Shown here: positions 1-13,759 of the stretch, piece by piece
Layout: each line of letters begins with the position of its first letter
Numbering within the stretch: position 1 is the stretch's first letter
From: Octopus vulgaris
Lineage: Eukaryota
Length of the DNA stretch: 64,000 nucleotides
Assembly: GCA_951406725.2 (NCBI GenBank)
Contig: OX597821.1
Coordinates: 110,050,001 to 110,114,000, forward strand
Reading direction: 5' to 3'
The notes under the pieces: model-generated
Databases searched by the model: none
Seen by the model: only the letters and a program-made list of their open reading frames with translations
Told to the model about the DNA's origin: nothing
Position numbers and translations under genes: made by a program

Positions 1-750
1 GCAGATGAGGGTTATTTCCCTCTTTACACACCCTAAAAAAATTGTAATCGTGCCACATGGAAACCAAAAGACGAATGATCACAATAAGCAGTCAGTAACC
101 CTACTGGACAGAATGAATTTATAATCTATAAATGTCTTTGAATAACCAGTCACTCATCTGGGAATAATAATCAATGTTACCATCAGGAGACTATGTGTGA
201 CCGAGTGATAATAAAAAGACTGAAAAGAGGTCTGGAATCAAATAACTTTACTCAACACTTTGCAACTGAATCAGTGGAGACAAAGATGCCTCTCATTTAC
301 TTAACAATTTATGCACCACATTGCAGAAATCACAATCTAAGTGTATGTCAAAGCAAGCTGTTACACTGTTGTAGCATTGAATTACAAATAGTGCCCAACT
401 TTTATGCCCGGGTAAGCCGACAGATTCCAAGAGCACAACTGTATTCGTTTTTGCTTAGATAAAATGACAAAATTTTGGGTGTTAAGTCCCCATTGAGGGG
501 TGTTTCTAACTTTGTAAGAAGATGGAATTTTATAAATATTACTTCATTTGTGTTTTATATGTATGGTTAAAATTTCATCAACAGCAAAAATATATGAATT
601 GTCATAGGGGTTATGGCCCTTATCCTTAGAATATAATTTCCAAATTTCGTAAAGATCCATTCAGTACTTTTGACCTAGTTTGGGATCATAAAAGAAATGA
701 CTAAAATTTGGGAGTTAAGGCTCCCATTAGGGTGTTATATATATAGATAT
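1..750 (-). mobile_element. Non-autonomous Helitron-like element, 5' part (runs off the window start); inverted copy of 33082-34312
   Basis: The reverse complement of 1-58 matches 34256-34312 and of 61-740 matches ~33130-33990, with two deletions. The 5' end on the minus strand is TC-TATATATATA-ACACCC. Confidence 0.65.
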
Positions 751-1037
751 AGATATAGATACACACACACACAAAGATAAATTGATAGATACAACTGAGT
801 GAGCAAACAAAAATATGAGACACAGCCTAGTGCTTTTTTATGTTGATGAGCCTAGTACTTATTGTATCAGTTTGTTCTTGTGAAACCAGTAAATTATGTG
901 GATGTAAATAAATGAACAGCAGTTGTGAAGCAGTGATGAGGGCGAAACACACAGACAAAGATACAAACATACACTTACATATATACATATATATACGATT
1001 GATTTGTTTCAGTTCCTGTCTACGAAATCCATATATA

Positions 1038-3597
1038 TTGTTGTTGGCATCCTTTTTGTCTCTGGAGTAAATGGAGTTGCGCATAAAATAATCTAGTCCG
1101 GCTTTTACATTTCATGTCCTAATACATCTCCTGCTGTGGCTGTGTAGTCCTATACTGGACAAACACTCCCTCTGGCAGGTACCGCAAATGTAGCGAAGAC
1201 TTTGCCTGGCTGGTTGTAATGTCATAGTTTCTTGTAGACGTCTTTTCTTGTCTCTCCATATCTCCTCTCTCTCTCTATGTCACTCCTTTTTGTTCCCTCT
1301 TTTACGGTACGTCGCCAATCTCCACGGCTGCTGGCAACTGCTTCCCAGTTGGTAATATTGATGTTGCAGGTATTCATGTCCCTTTTGCAAACATCCTTGT
1401 ATCGTAAGAACGGTCTCCCCACAGACTTAGTGCCCCTAGCAAGCTCTCCGTTGAGTATGTCCTTGGAGATTCTGCCATCTTCCATACGGCTAACACGTCG
1501 AAGCCATCTCATACGTCTTTGTGTGAGGAGGGTAAACATGCTTGGTATTCCTGCTTGCTTGAGGACATCTTTGTCGGGGACATGATTCTGCCATTTGATG
1601 CGAAGAAATTTCCGGAGGCAGCGCAGGTGAAAGATATTTAGGCGACGTATGGCGTCGTATGGCGTGTGTATGGCGTCCAAGTCTTACTTCCATACAGTAG
1701 AGTTCTAAGAACACATGCCTGGTAAATCATTTTTGTGGTCTTGGTCAGCTTATTGTTGTCCCATGCCCGTTTGGAGAGTTGGGCCATCACAGAAGCTGCC
1801 TTGCCAATGCGTATATTGAGCCCTGTATCAAGGGATAGGTTGTAGGTGACGGTAGATCCAAGATAGGTTAACTTCTCCACCTCCTGTAGTCTGTGGTCTC
1901 CAATATGTATGTTTGGGATGGTCGATGTAGCCTGACCCATGATGTTGGTCTTCTTGAGGCTGATAAATAAGCCAAAGTTGCCACATGCTTGCTCAAAACT
2001 GTTGATGAGCCTTTGTAGGGCTTCTTCTGTGTGTGATACCAGAGCGGTATCATCAGCAAATAGCATCTCCTTGATCAGGACGCTTCTGATTTTGGTCTTG
2101 GCACGCAGACGCGAGAGATTGAACAGTTTCCCATCACTTCTACTGTGCAGAAACGGCAGATAGCGTGAAGATGCCAAATAATGTAAGAGCAAGGACACAA
2201 CCTTGCTTTACCCCGTTTTTATTTGGAAGGCGGCTGTTATTGAACCATTGAACTGTATGGTGCCTTGCATATCATCATAGAAAGATGTGATGATCCTCAG
2301 CAGCTTTGGTGGACATCCGATTTTTTGGAGCAGAATGAAGAGGCCTTTTCTACTTACCAAGTCAAAGGCCTTTGTCAGTTGCAGCCTGGACAGGATAATG
2401 CGAGCAGAGGCCTTTCCAACAGTGCTTGAGAGATAGTCTTTCCGACAGTGCTTAGAAGAGATATTCCACGGTAATTGTTACAATCACCACGGTCACCGTT
2501 TTTGTAAAGCATAATGATGTTAGCATCCCGCATATCCTGATGGACTGTACCCTCTTCCCAGCACTGACACAGAAGCTCATGAAGGTGCTGAAACAGGATG
2601 GTGTTTTTGCTGGTTTTGATGATCTCTAAGGGGATGCCCTCTTTTCCCGGAGCCTTGTTACTTGCTAGGGAGTCAATAGCCTTTGCTGAGCTCTGCTATA
2701 GATGGCAGACTGTCAAGTTCGCACATGACTGGCAAGATCTTGACACCCTCGATTGCAGCCTCAGCTACCGTGGTCTCCCGTGAGTAGAGATCCTGGTAGT
2801 ACTCCACCCATCTATCCATTTGCTTGCTTTGGTCCTTGATGAGATCCCCAGTGATTGATTCCAGAGGGGCTGACTTGGTTGTGGATGGACTGAGGGCCTT
2901 CTTCAAACCGGCATACATCCCACGGGTGTCGCCACTGTCAGCAGCTGACTGGATACTCTGACAGATTTCCTGCCAATACCTATTTGCACAGCATCTGGCA
3001 GTCAGTTGGGTTTTATTTCTTGCCTTTCTGAGTTCTTCGAGTGACTTTATTACATCAGAGCTGCACGCTTTGTTTCGATAATTGTTTCCATCTCTGAGAG
3101 CCCAGCACTGAACCAATCTGGGTTTTGCCTTTCTCTCATGCCGAAAGTATCTACTGATGTGGTATACAAAACTTCCCTGATATAATTCCACCTACTTTCA
3201 GCAGAGGTGGTTAGGCAGCTACTGATGGCAACTTTGATAGAAACAACAAAACATTGTCGCAGTGTAGGGTCGGAGGTTCTGGCAGTGTTAATGCGTGGTC
3301 GGCCCATTTTCTTAAAGTGATGGACTTTTTAGGCAGAATCCTCACCCTGCTTCTTATTAGTGAATGATCTGTGTCACAATCCGTGCTGTGGTAACTACGA
3401 GTCAGTTGAACAGAATTCAGAAAGAGTCTTCGTGTAATGATGAGATCCAACTGATGCCAGTGGTGAGATCTTGGATGTCTCCAAGATGCCTTGTGGGATG
3501 TCTTGTTGGCAAAGAATGTGTTAGTGATGCACAGGTTATGGTATGTGCAAAATTCAAGTAGTCTCTGGCCATTGTCATTCATGTTGCCAATACCAAA
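1038..3597 (-). mobile_element. RTE-clade LINE, 5'-truncated and frameshifted (end of APE domain, RT, C-terminus)
   Basis: ORF fragments carry GNMNDNGQRLLEFC, WRHPRSHHWHQLDLII, LFADD, YLGS and LLYGSKTW. The 3' tail is GATGCCAACAACAA. Confidence 0.93.
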
Positions 3598-3612
3598 CAC
3601 ATACATACATAT

Positions 3613-3660
<48 letters not shown>

Positions 3661-3888
3661 GATCGATTTGTTTCAGTTCCTGTCTACGAAATCCATAAAG
3701 GGGTGGGTTACGTAGACAATTATTTAACAAATGCAACACAACAACGTTTCTCTGACGAGGAATCACAAATGTGATTACAATAGTCAAACAGTAATAATGA
3801 TAACAACAAACCTTTTTAATTTATTCCCATTTATGTGAAACCACTTATTCAAGTTCAAGTCATTGATGCAATTTTATACGAATTGCTA

Positions 3889-3940
<52 letters not shown>

Positions 3941-3943
<3 letters not shown>

Positions 3944-4230
3944 ATAAGGGTGAAAAAGTGAATATTAATTTGATTAATATGAATTGAAAACCTGTGATGT
4001 AGCATATAAGACCATAGCGGATCTTCTAGCAAAATGGATGATCACTGTTAATGGTTCATCCCTGTTATATAATACTTTCACTTTAATAGTGACAATTGAC
4101 TAACATCGATTATTACTTTTTACTACAAATAGACTTCATCTCATCTAACAGCTGTTTCTGTTTCCAATGTTCCACGGTATTGCCATTGAAAATTCTGAAA
4201 ATAATATTCATCATACTTGGTAACACATCC
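3941..4230 (-). mobile_element. Degenerate 3' end of the hammerhead/PLE-type element family
   Basis: The minus strand reads ATGGTC...AATT...TTCACCCTTATTAT into a microsatellite, like the tails at 7775-7875 and 44000-44098. An eroded hammerhead-like GAAACAGCTGT lies near 4147-4215. Confidence 0.35.
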
Positions 4231-4507
4231 GATCTGGAACATGGAGCTTCATCACAGTAAAGAAAAAATACACAAAAGGAAAGAATTGAAGAGCCTCGAT
4301 AAGAAGAAAGGTTTAGTATATTTTTGCTTATGTCACGCTGCAGTACATCCTGTAGCGTATAATAAACCGTCTACGCATCCAAGTCATAAAAAATATCCTC
4401 TCGTATATCTGTCAATAGGGTGGGTGTATTAATTGGAGTGTACTCTGTCATATATTCATTACGGCCGATTTCATCAATCGGTTTCACACTAGGAGTTGAA
4501 CAAGATG

Positions 4508-4583
<76 letters not shown>

Positions 4584-4618
4584 GCAAACATATATATATA
4601 TATATGTATGTATGTATG

Positions 4619-4654
<36 letters not shown>

Positions 4655-4706
4655 TGTATGTATGTGTGTATATATATATTTGTCTGTCTGTCTATCTGTG
4701 TATTTG

Positions 4707-4785
<79 letters not shown>

Positions 4786-4808
4786 ATACTCTTTACTCTC
4801 TCTCTCTC

Positions 4809-5021
4809 TCTTTTACTTGTTTCAGTCATTTGACTGCGGCCATGCTGGAGCACCGCCTTTAATCGAGCAACTCCATCCCGGAACTTATTCTTTTGTAAGC
4901 CCAGTACTTATTCTATCGGTCTCTTTTGCCCAACCGCTAAGTAACGGGGGCATAAACACACCAGCATCGGTTGTCAAGCAATGCTAGGGTGACAAACACA
5001 GACACACAAACACACACATGC

Positions 5022-5085
<64 letters not shown>

Positions 5086-5250
5086 GACGGGCTTCTTTTT
5101 TCAGTTTCCGTCTACCAAATTCACTCACAAAGCTTTGGTCGGCCCGAGGCTATAGTAGAAGACACTTGCTCAAGGTGCCACGCAGTGGGACTGAACGCGG
5201 AACCATGGGGCTGGTAAACAAACTACTTACCACACAGCCACTCCTGCGCC
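4809..5250 (-). mobile_element. tRNA-derived SINE family A (internal microsatellite)
   Basis: Minus-strand head GGCGCAGGAGTGGCTGTGTGGTAAG (A box) and GTTCAGTCCC (B box). More than 6 near-identical copies occur in the window. Confidence 0.85.
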
Positions 5251-5379
5251 TATATATATATATTCTCTGTCTATCTATCTATATATTTCTTTATCGATCT
5301 CTCAGTTTGTCTGTCTATTTATCTATTTACGTATCCTTTTACCTGCCTTCGTCTTTTGTCTATTTTCATAAAGCTTCCC

Positions 5380-5463
<84 letters not shown>

Positions 5464-6101
5464 TGTATGTATATCTATATGTATATGCATATATGTTTTT
5501 TTTTTAAGTATGTTATAGTAATCGCGCGATATCACTCACATACTCCATTACATGAGGAACAATCATTTATTTCCATATCTGTAACATAATACAAGCGCAG
5601 TGTGCAGTCAATGCGTAAGTTCAACCCTGCACTGCGAAGACAGATGCAACAGAATTCCATTCAACAGACACACCCAAACATTTTTTGTAGAAACACCGCA
5701 ATTTGCCTGTCATGTTCGCTTTGGCCTTGTAAATCATCATCATGACTTAAGAGCTATCTCAGAACACAGAAGAGAACGAGAGTGAGCAATTTGACTGAGC
5801 ATTGAGTAATGAATAAAGAGATTGCTATCATATGACAAGACGAAGCAAACGTCACACTTATACACTGGTGACGTTATAACAGCATTATCAACGTTCAAAA
5901 GAATTAACGTGAAATGTTATTTTTTTTTATTTACGTCATTTTTCTTTTCTTTTTTTTTTTTTGTTGGAATTGTACCTTTCAAAGCATATGAATCTCTCCA
6001 AAAAGGATACTCAGCTCAATATTTACGTTATTATTCATAGGTTTATGCGTTCCGAGATCAACTACGCCCAAAAGAATATAATATTTTATATGTGTACTAA
6101 A

Positions 6102-6490
6102 GCGGCGAGGTGGCAGAATCGTTTGCACTCCGGGCGAAATGCTTAGCGGTATTTCACCCGTCGCTGCGTTTTGAGTTCAAATTCTGCCTAGGTCGACTTT
6201 GCCTTTCATCCTTTCGGAGTCGATAAATTAAGTACCAGTTACGCACTGGGATCGATGTAATCGACTTAATCTGTTTGTCTGTCCCTGTTTGTCCTCTCTG
6301 TGTTTAGCCTCTTGTGGGTAGTAAAGAAATGGGTATTTCGTCTGTCTTTACGTTCTGAGTTCAAATCCCGCCGAGGTCGACTTTACATTTCATTTTACCC
6401 GGGTCAATAAATTAAGTACCAGTTGCGTACTGGGGTTAATCTAATCGACTGGCCTCCTCCCCAGAAATTTCGGGCCTTGTGTCTAGAGTA
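6102..6490 (+). mobile_element. tRNA-derived SINE family B plus a tandem partial second copy
   Basis: TGGCAGAATCG A box, GAGTTCAAATTC B box, central GTCGACTTTGCCTTTCATCCTTTCGG...GATAAATTAAGTACCAG (resembles a Nin/Deu-type domain), tail ...CTTGTGGGTAGTAAAGAAAT. Repeated at 35163, 54917 and 62697. Confidence 0.85.
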
Positions 6491-6502
6491 GTACATATAT
6501 AC

Positions 6503-6553
<51 letters not shown>

Positions 6554-6678
6554 GGTATGTAGAAAAATACAACATGGACAAGAACGTATAACTCTTAGAA
6601 GACGATACAATAAACACGGACAGGACATTCGAAACCCTCAGTCTTCAGTCAAGAACCGGATCATCGTAGTAATTTCGG

Positions 6679-6715
<37 letters not shown>

Positions 6716-7197
6716 TTATACATACACACATACATATATGGGAAATTCTGTCTGTGGGTGTGTTTGTGGAGTTGTTAGCTAACTCCTTTGACTCGTTTTA
6801 TTGATTTTCATAAAACCTGACACGTGAGTAGAACTGATGTCTGGAAACCTCATGGCACACTCAGATTGTCGACCCTTGAATACTCCCGTCGATCCCCTGG
6901 AGTTGATATCGACCACTTTGGAGACCCCTGCTCTAAGGGCTGTTGTTTCTTTCCAAACTTCCCCCACCTTCAACCCAATCCATCTCTCTCTTTCTGAATT
7001 GGCTGACTTTCTGAAAGGGTCATAGGAGAACCCATTAACACAAACACCCCGTCTTCTCTAATGAAGAGAGAACGTTTTAGTTAGATACCAGTAACCACTG
7101 TGTTGTATAAGAATGTCCAGAAACAATCAAAACACATAGTTATAGCCCTACGGACGGACCGACGTCCTTGCAGACGAGCGAATTGGTTGATAATGTA

Positions 7198-7258
<61 letters not shown>

Positions 7259-7262
<4 letters not shown>

Positions 7263-7872
7263 TAAGTAATTAAGGGTTTAGCAACGATTTGCCTCACCGC
7301 ACACCGAATTTAGAAATAGCAGTCAAAAAGTTATGGCTATTCTTTCTACTTAAAAGAGAGATCTCAGTAAAACCACAGCACTTAAAAGGCAAACAACGCT
7401 GGTAAAAGAGAAAGAAATGACGACAATCATTCTATATTAAGTCACCTACGGACGTACGTTTCGAAATTTAATACACAATTATTCATAATTGTAGAATCCT
7501 ACGCTGAGGAGAAAAGTAGTTGGGTAAGACATAATTATTTAATTTTTATGCTTTCCTATGACTTAATTTCGAAACGTACGTCCGTAGGTGACTTAATATA
7601 GAATGATTGTCGTCATTTCTTTCTCTTTTACCAGCGTTGTTTGCCTTTTAAGTGCTGTGGTTTTACTGAGATCTCTCTTTTAAGTAGAAAGAATAGCCAT
7701 AACTTTTTGACTGCTATTTCTAAATTCGGTGTGCGGTGAGGCAAATCGTTGCTCAACCCTTAATTACTTAGTATTACTTAAACCTTCCTCGAATGGGGCT
7801 TTTACATGCCGAAATCTACTTGGTGAAATTAATGATTACTCCAAATTAATTGATTTCACCCTATATTATTAT

Positions 7873-7876
<4 letters not shown>
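7259..7876 (+). mobile_element. Non-coding PLE/retrozyme-type element with 210-bp inverted repeat, inserted in (TA)n
   Basis: 7259-7468 is the reverse complement of 7565-7774 (one mismatch seen). It contains a hammerhead, and its 3' tail is shared with 44000-44098 and 52890-52990. Confidence 0.75.
7498..7588 (+). ncRNA. Type I hammerhead ribozyme, intact core, long stem II
   Basis: cctacg-CTGAGGA-[gaaa...tttc, 60 nt]-GAAAC-gtac-GTC-cgtagg. Stem I is cctacg/cgtagg and stem III is the palindrome ACGTACGT. Confidence 0.85.
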
Positions 7877-7932
<56 letters not shown>

Positions 7933-8024
7933 TTAATTCAAACATGAAAACGCAAAGAGAAAACACAACAACGCGAGGACGTGGAGCAAGTATAGTATTA
8001 TTAGACGCTCAGGAACGAAGGAGG

Positions 8025-8059
8025 GTTTAACAATTCGAGCGGAGCTCTTCGTCAGAAAC
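8025..8059 (-). ncRNA. Minimal hammerhead motif, mutated, within a repeat at ~7935-8125
   Basis: Minus strand: gttt-CTGACGA-a-gagc-tcc-gctc-GAAT-tgtt-aaac (GAAA changed to GAAT). Same family as 45653-45687. Confidence 0.6.
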
Positions 8060-8125
8060 ATAGGAAAAGGAAAGATCCAAAGAACGGAAGACGGAGGAAA
8101 AAATCGCCAACGGTACACACGCGGT

Positions 8126-8167
<42 letters not shown>

Positions 8168-8384
8168 CATACATAAATACATACACACACACACACACAC
8201 ATACACATATAGGTATTAATATAAACATAGGTAAATAGCCACATTTGCAAGATGGGTGGAAACAATTGTAGCGATCAATAAACATTCTCGTATGTTCCAT
8301 CTTCCGTCTCTCTCTCATTAATCAAACACATTCATTTACATATGTGTGTGAGAGTATGTGTGTGTGTGAGCGTGTGTGTGCTTT

Positions 8385-8426
<42 letters not shown>

Positions 8427-8647
8427 CATCCATGCATATATATGTAAGTATTATAGTATATATGTGTGTATATATATATATATATAAATGCGCGCGTGTA
8501 CACACATTCACACATACACAAACACTCACACGCACACATATACACACATACACACATACATATATGTGTTTATGTATACTGTTTGCACAAATTATTTTAA
8601 ATAGATACGTACGGGTATGCGCGTGTATATGTATGTGTGTGTGCGTG

Positions 8648-8720
<73 letters not shown>

Positions 8721-8731
8721 ACACACACACA

Positions 8732-8861
<130 letters not shown>

Positions 8862-9169
8862 TAGATAGATATAGATACATAGATACGTATTTCTGCGCGT
8901 GATATAAGATATCGAAAGTAGTCTACAAGACCTTGTGAGATAACAGACAAATTGTGCCTTTTTGGTGTATTATAGCAGCATAAAGGTCTATTATTCCTTT
9001 AGTGAATTGTGAGTGAAGCTGTTGCCTTTAGGATAAGATTCAGAACGAATCAGACCCGATTTATATGGCTCGAGTTTTCTGCCTGACTAAAGAATGACAA
9101 ACGGAATCATTACCTCAAAAAAGGCAAAACAAACAAGACATATATATCCGTGTGTGTATGTGTGCTTGT

Positions 9170-9219
<50 letters not shown>

Positions 9220-9257
9220 ATATATATATAGATTCATATATATATATATATATATCC

Positions 9258-9351
<94 letters not shown>

Positions 9352-9369
9352 GCATCTACATATATGTAT

Positions 9370-9469
9370 NNNNNNNNNNNNNNNNNNNNNNNNNNNNNNN
9401 NNNNNNNNNNNNNNNNNNNNNNNNNNNNNNNNNNNNNNNNNNNNNNNNNNNNNNNNNNNNNNNNNNNNN
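9370..9469. other. Assembly gap (100 N)
   Basis: Run of 100 n. Confidence 1.
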
Positions 9470-10187
9470 ATGTAGAAATAGGTGACGAAGCTCGTGGGCT
9501 ACCTTAGAAATCCATATCTTAAAAGGTGTTGTTGCTAGGGGCCATCTTCCTCACTCACGCTATTTCCTCCAGTACCCTCTCACTCCCCTTTACATATAAC
9601 TTTGAGAAATCCACTACCGTTATTTAAAGTATATGTCACTCTCGCTATTTCCTCTCTTTTTCACTCACTCTGTTTCTTACCTTCCCATTACATCGGCGTT
9701 CTTTTACGTATCTGTCTGTCACCAACAACACACGAGCATGAGAACAAATATTATGAATCAGATATTCTTGCGTTCATTTATATGTATGTGTGTGTGTGTG
9801 TGTTCTATATATAAATATGTATATATAATGTATGTGTGTGTGTGTGTGTGTGTCTATATATGAATATGTATATATAATGTATGTGTGTGTGCGTGTTCTA
9901 TATATAAATATGTATATATAATGTATGTGTGTGTGTGTGTGTTCTATATATAAATATGTATATATAATGTATATATACAAAGTGTATATATCTGTAGTTA
10001 TGTATATTAAACTTTCTCATACTTTTTCATAGTTATATATATTTTTAAACAAATTATAAATATAATTTAATAATTTTTATTTTCAATTTAATTTAAATTT
10101 TTCAATTTTATATTTTCTATATTATATTTTTTTTAATGTTTTTGTTTTTGGTTTTTCACTGTTTGATTTCTCTTTTTTTTTTTTTTT

Positions 10188-10583
10188 TTTTTACTTGTTT
10201 CAGTCATTTGACTGCGGCCATGCTGGAGCACCGCCTTTAATCGAGCAACTCGACCCCGTGACTTATTCTTTGTAAGCCCAGTACTTATTCTATCGGTCTC
10301 TTTTTTTGCCGAACCGCTAAGTGACGGGGACGTAAACACACCAGCATCGGTTGTCAAGCAATGCTAGGGGAACAAACACAGACACACAAACAAACACACA
10401 TATATATATATACATATATACGACAGGCTTCTTTCAGTTTCCGTCTACCAAATCCACTCACAAGGCATTGGTCGGCCCGGGGCTATAGCAGAAGACACTT
10501 GCCCAAGATGCCACGCAGTGGGACTGAACCCGGAACCATGTGGTTGGTTAGCAAGCTACTTACCACACAGCCACTCCTGCGCC
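10188..10583 (-). mobile_element. SINE family A
   Basis: Near-identical to 4809-5250. Confidence 0.85.
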
Positions 10584-10789
10584 TAAAAATTTGCCTAAAA
10601 ATTCCATTTTTCACTTTTATGATTATACCCAGAGTGCTCTAATCGAATATGAACTGTCTTCCCATTGGCGGACGTTTGTCTTTTTTATTTTTGAAACGAA
10701 CACATTGCCTCTTTCGTTTTAAAACAATAAAACAATACTACCATAATACATTGGTCCAACAAACAAAACATCACCCACTCTCATTCTTT

Positions 10790-11298
10790 TATGTATCTGA
10801 GAATGTGTGTCTGTCTGTCTGTGTGTTTCCCTAAAACTTGAGAACTACACAACCAATTTCATTCAAATTTTACACATGACTTACTTAGGGTATAAGGAGT
10901 GTGTTGAGCTGGGCTCTGGGCGCCATTGGGCTTACTGTCCACGGCTACGAGACCACAGTGAGCGCTATGGCGATCAGAGCTCGCTCTGGGCGCCACAGCT
11001 TCACGAGGGAGGGAAGAAGGGGGAGAAGCAACACAGGTGCAGGCGTGAGCATGGACGCCAACTCCGCTGCCATCGACACACGAAAAAATATGCGTTAAAA
11101 TGGAAAAAAATGATGTTAAATTATTTTTAAAATCGTAGACTCATCGTAGACGCGCGCTAATACCCAGACGGGCTCGATATGAATCACGACTATAAGATAC
11201 CCGAATTTGGTTAAACTGCACCGCAAAATGTGGGAGTAGTTAGGAATCTAAATCGTAGAAGGCAGACACTCACACAACTACAGTTTTATATATATAGA
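10790..11298. mobile_element. Composite of two Helitron-type 5' parts facing each other; holds a single copy of the 70-bp hairpin unit
   Basis: 10797-10995 (+) matches 21200-21390. 11084-11298 (-) matches the 5' half of the element at 40255-40650. Confidence 0.6.
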
Positions 11299-11597
11299 TA
11301 TGTATATATAATGTATGTGTGTGTTCTATATATAAATATGTATATATAATGTATGTGTGTGTGTGTTCTATATATAAATATGTATATATAATGTACATAT
11401 ACAAAGTGTATATATCTTTATTTATGTATATTAAACTTTTTCATACTTTTTCATAGTTATATATATTTTTAAACAAATTATAAATATAATTTAATAATTT
11501 TTATTTTCAATTTAAATAATTTAAATTTTTCAATTTTATATTTTATATATTTTCTATATTATATATTTTTTTAAATGTTTTTGTGTATATAATGCGT

Positions 11598-11670
<73 letters not shown>

Positions 11671-12579
11671 TATATATATATATATATATAATGTGTGCAT
11701 TACGTAGTCGGTCGATTCAGCTGAAAATATGCATACCTATGTTAAAAGTGCTGGCAAGTTTGCATGACAACTATTTTTTTCCTCAAATGAAAGGCGTCAC
11801 CTCTAGGACAAAATTCCTCATCTTATAAAATGTGGCCCTAGTAGACCCGAATGAAATCGGGTTATGTTAACCAAAATGTGAAAAGGGGTCTAAATGGGGC
11901 TGGAATGGGATTAAAATTTAAAGGAGCGGGTGTTTAGGAATTCTCTGTTACATCAAGCTAAAAAATTTGCGCCAGCCTTTTAATCGTCAATGTGTTGCCG
12001 TCCATGATAAAGAGTCCATGGTGAGTCTACTGTCGTGAGAAAGAATCACTTCAAAACTTGGTGTTTACGAATTTTCTTTTACATCAAGTTGAAAATTTTA
12101 CGCCAGTCGTTAAACTGTCACTACGTTGCTGTCCGTCGTTAAGAAATGTCAGCCATGGTGACTCTACTATCCTCAGATTCTATCCCTTCAAACTTTGGTT
12201 TCCAATATTTTATTATTTTTTCTTCAGCTCGCAAGTCCGTCTGTCCCTTTTAAATGTTAGCATTTTGCTGTCTGCCTTGAGGCAGACTTTTCCATTATCA
12301 CTGCCTCATATTTCTGATTGATCTTTCTATATATGTTATTTCTCAACTTACTCAAGATCTTCTGTTGTTTATAAATGGGAGAGAGATAGATAGAGACAGA
12401 GAGTAAGAGAAAGCGAGGAAGAGTCCGAGAGATAAGAAAACTAAGAGAGTGGGAAAGTGAGAAAGAAAGGAGAGAGAAACAAATACGGAGAATCATCATC
12501 ATCATCATCGTTTAAAGTCCGTTTTCCGTGCTAGCAAGGGTTGGACAGTGTATACATTGTATACATTTATATATATATA

Positions 12580-13750
12580 TCTCTTATTATAAAAGGCAGA
12601 TTTTATCTGCCTCCCTTTGGGAGTTATACAAATCTACAATATAGCATTTCTTCAATTACAATTTACCTAGCAGTTTTAAGAGTACAATGCATCGCGTCAT
12701 GCCAGGTCCAGTTTTTAAAATTTAAACTCCAATTAAGCAAAATTTACAGAAAACTCACATTCTGGTGTGTGTGTCAAATGCTTTTCTTAGTCTGGTTTAC
12801 ACCACACGCAAACGCACACACACAGTGGGCAACGAATAAAATGAAAGTAAATGTAATATTTGTTTCTGTCTATCACGCTGATAGATACATGAGTAAAATG
12901 TATGGGAAGCTAACAGATAACAGTGAGTGAAAATGTTTTTGGAAGAGAGTAAATTAGCGACAGTGATTTGAGGAAGACTAAACTGAAACTATGAAACAGT
13001 GTTTATGTATAAACAGACGACACTTATATAAACACTTTCGTTACCAAACCGCCCGAATTTACCTATTCATATTTAAATGAGAATATCAGAGTAAATCTCT
13101 TTAGTACATTCGTGAAAACACGTATTATACTTCGTAAACACTTCAAATACAGTTTTGTACAAAAATCGAAGTGTAATTTTAATTCCGTGAATTATGGGAG
13201 ATTTTTTTCCGAAATTTGTTCCTATTGTGTTTTCAAAATTTGTAATTCTGACAAAAAATGGATACGAATTTCATTATATCAAGCAGCGAGTCAGAATTCG
13301 AAGGATTTTCTACTGAAGACCTTCATAAATCTAACTCTATGACTGAAAAAAAAAAGCATCTTTGTATAAGAGTGAAGTTGTGTGTCTGTCCCCTTCGAAT
13401 TACATTCGTAATTACTCCCACATTTTGCGGTGCAGTTTAACCAAAAGCGGGTATCTTATAGTCGTGATTCATATCGAGCCCTTCTGGGTATTAGCGCGCG
13501 TCTACGATGAGTCTACAATTTAAAAAAAATTTACCATCATATTTTTCCATTTTAATGCATTTTTTTCGCTTTTATATAAGGGAAGTAACTCTCTAAAAAT
13601 ATCTACGATGTGTCAACGATTTAAAAAAAATTTACCTTAATTTCAATTTTTGATGCAATTTTTTTTGCTATTTTTTGACTATAACTCTCTAAAAATGCTT
13701 ATATAGTTATTTCCCTTACAAACCCGAGCAACGCCGGGTGATACTGCTAG
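12580..13750 (+). mobile_element. Non-autonomous Helitron (chimeric)
   Basis: A|TCTCTTATTATAAAA ... CCCGAGCAACGCCGGG hairpin ... CTAG|T. The segment 13359-13750 is itself a full short element like 40255-40650. Confidence 0.75.
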
Positions 13751-13759
13751 TATATATAT

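Noticed and set aside
6102-6190. tRNA genes
   Set aside because: The A/B-box heads continue into SINE bodies that are repeated many times, and no complete cloverleaf is evident.
8255-8280. GAAACAATTGTA hammerhead 3' halves (also ~38384, and half motifs near 6670 and 38660)
   Set aside because: No correctly placed CUGANGA and stem I, so they are not counted as ribozymes.
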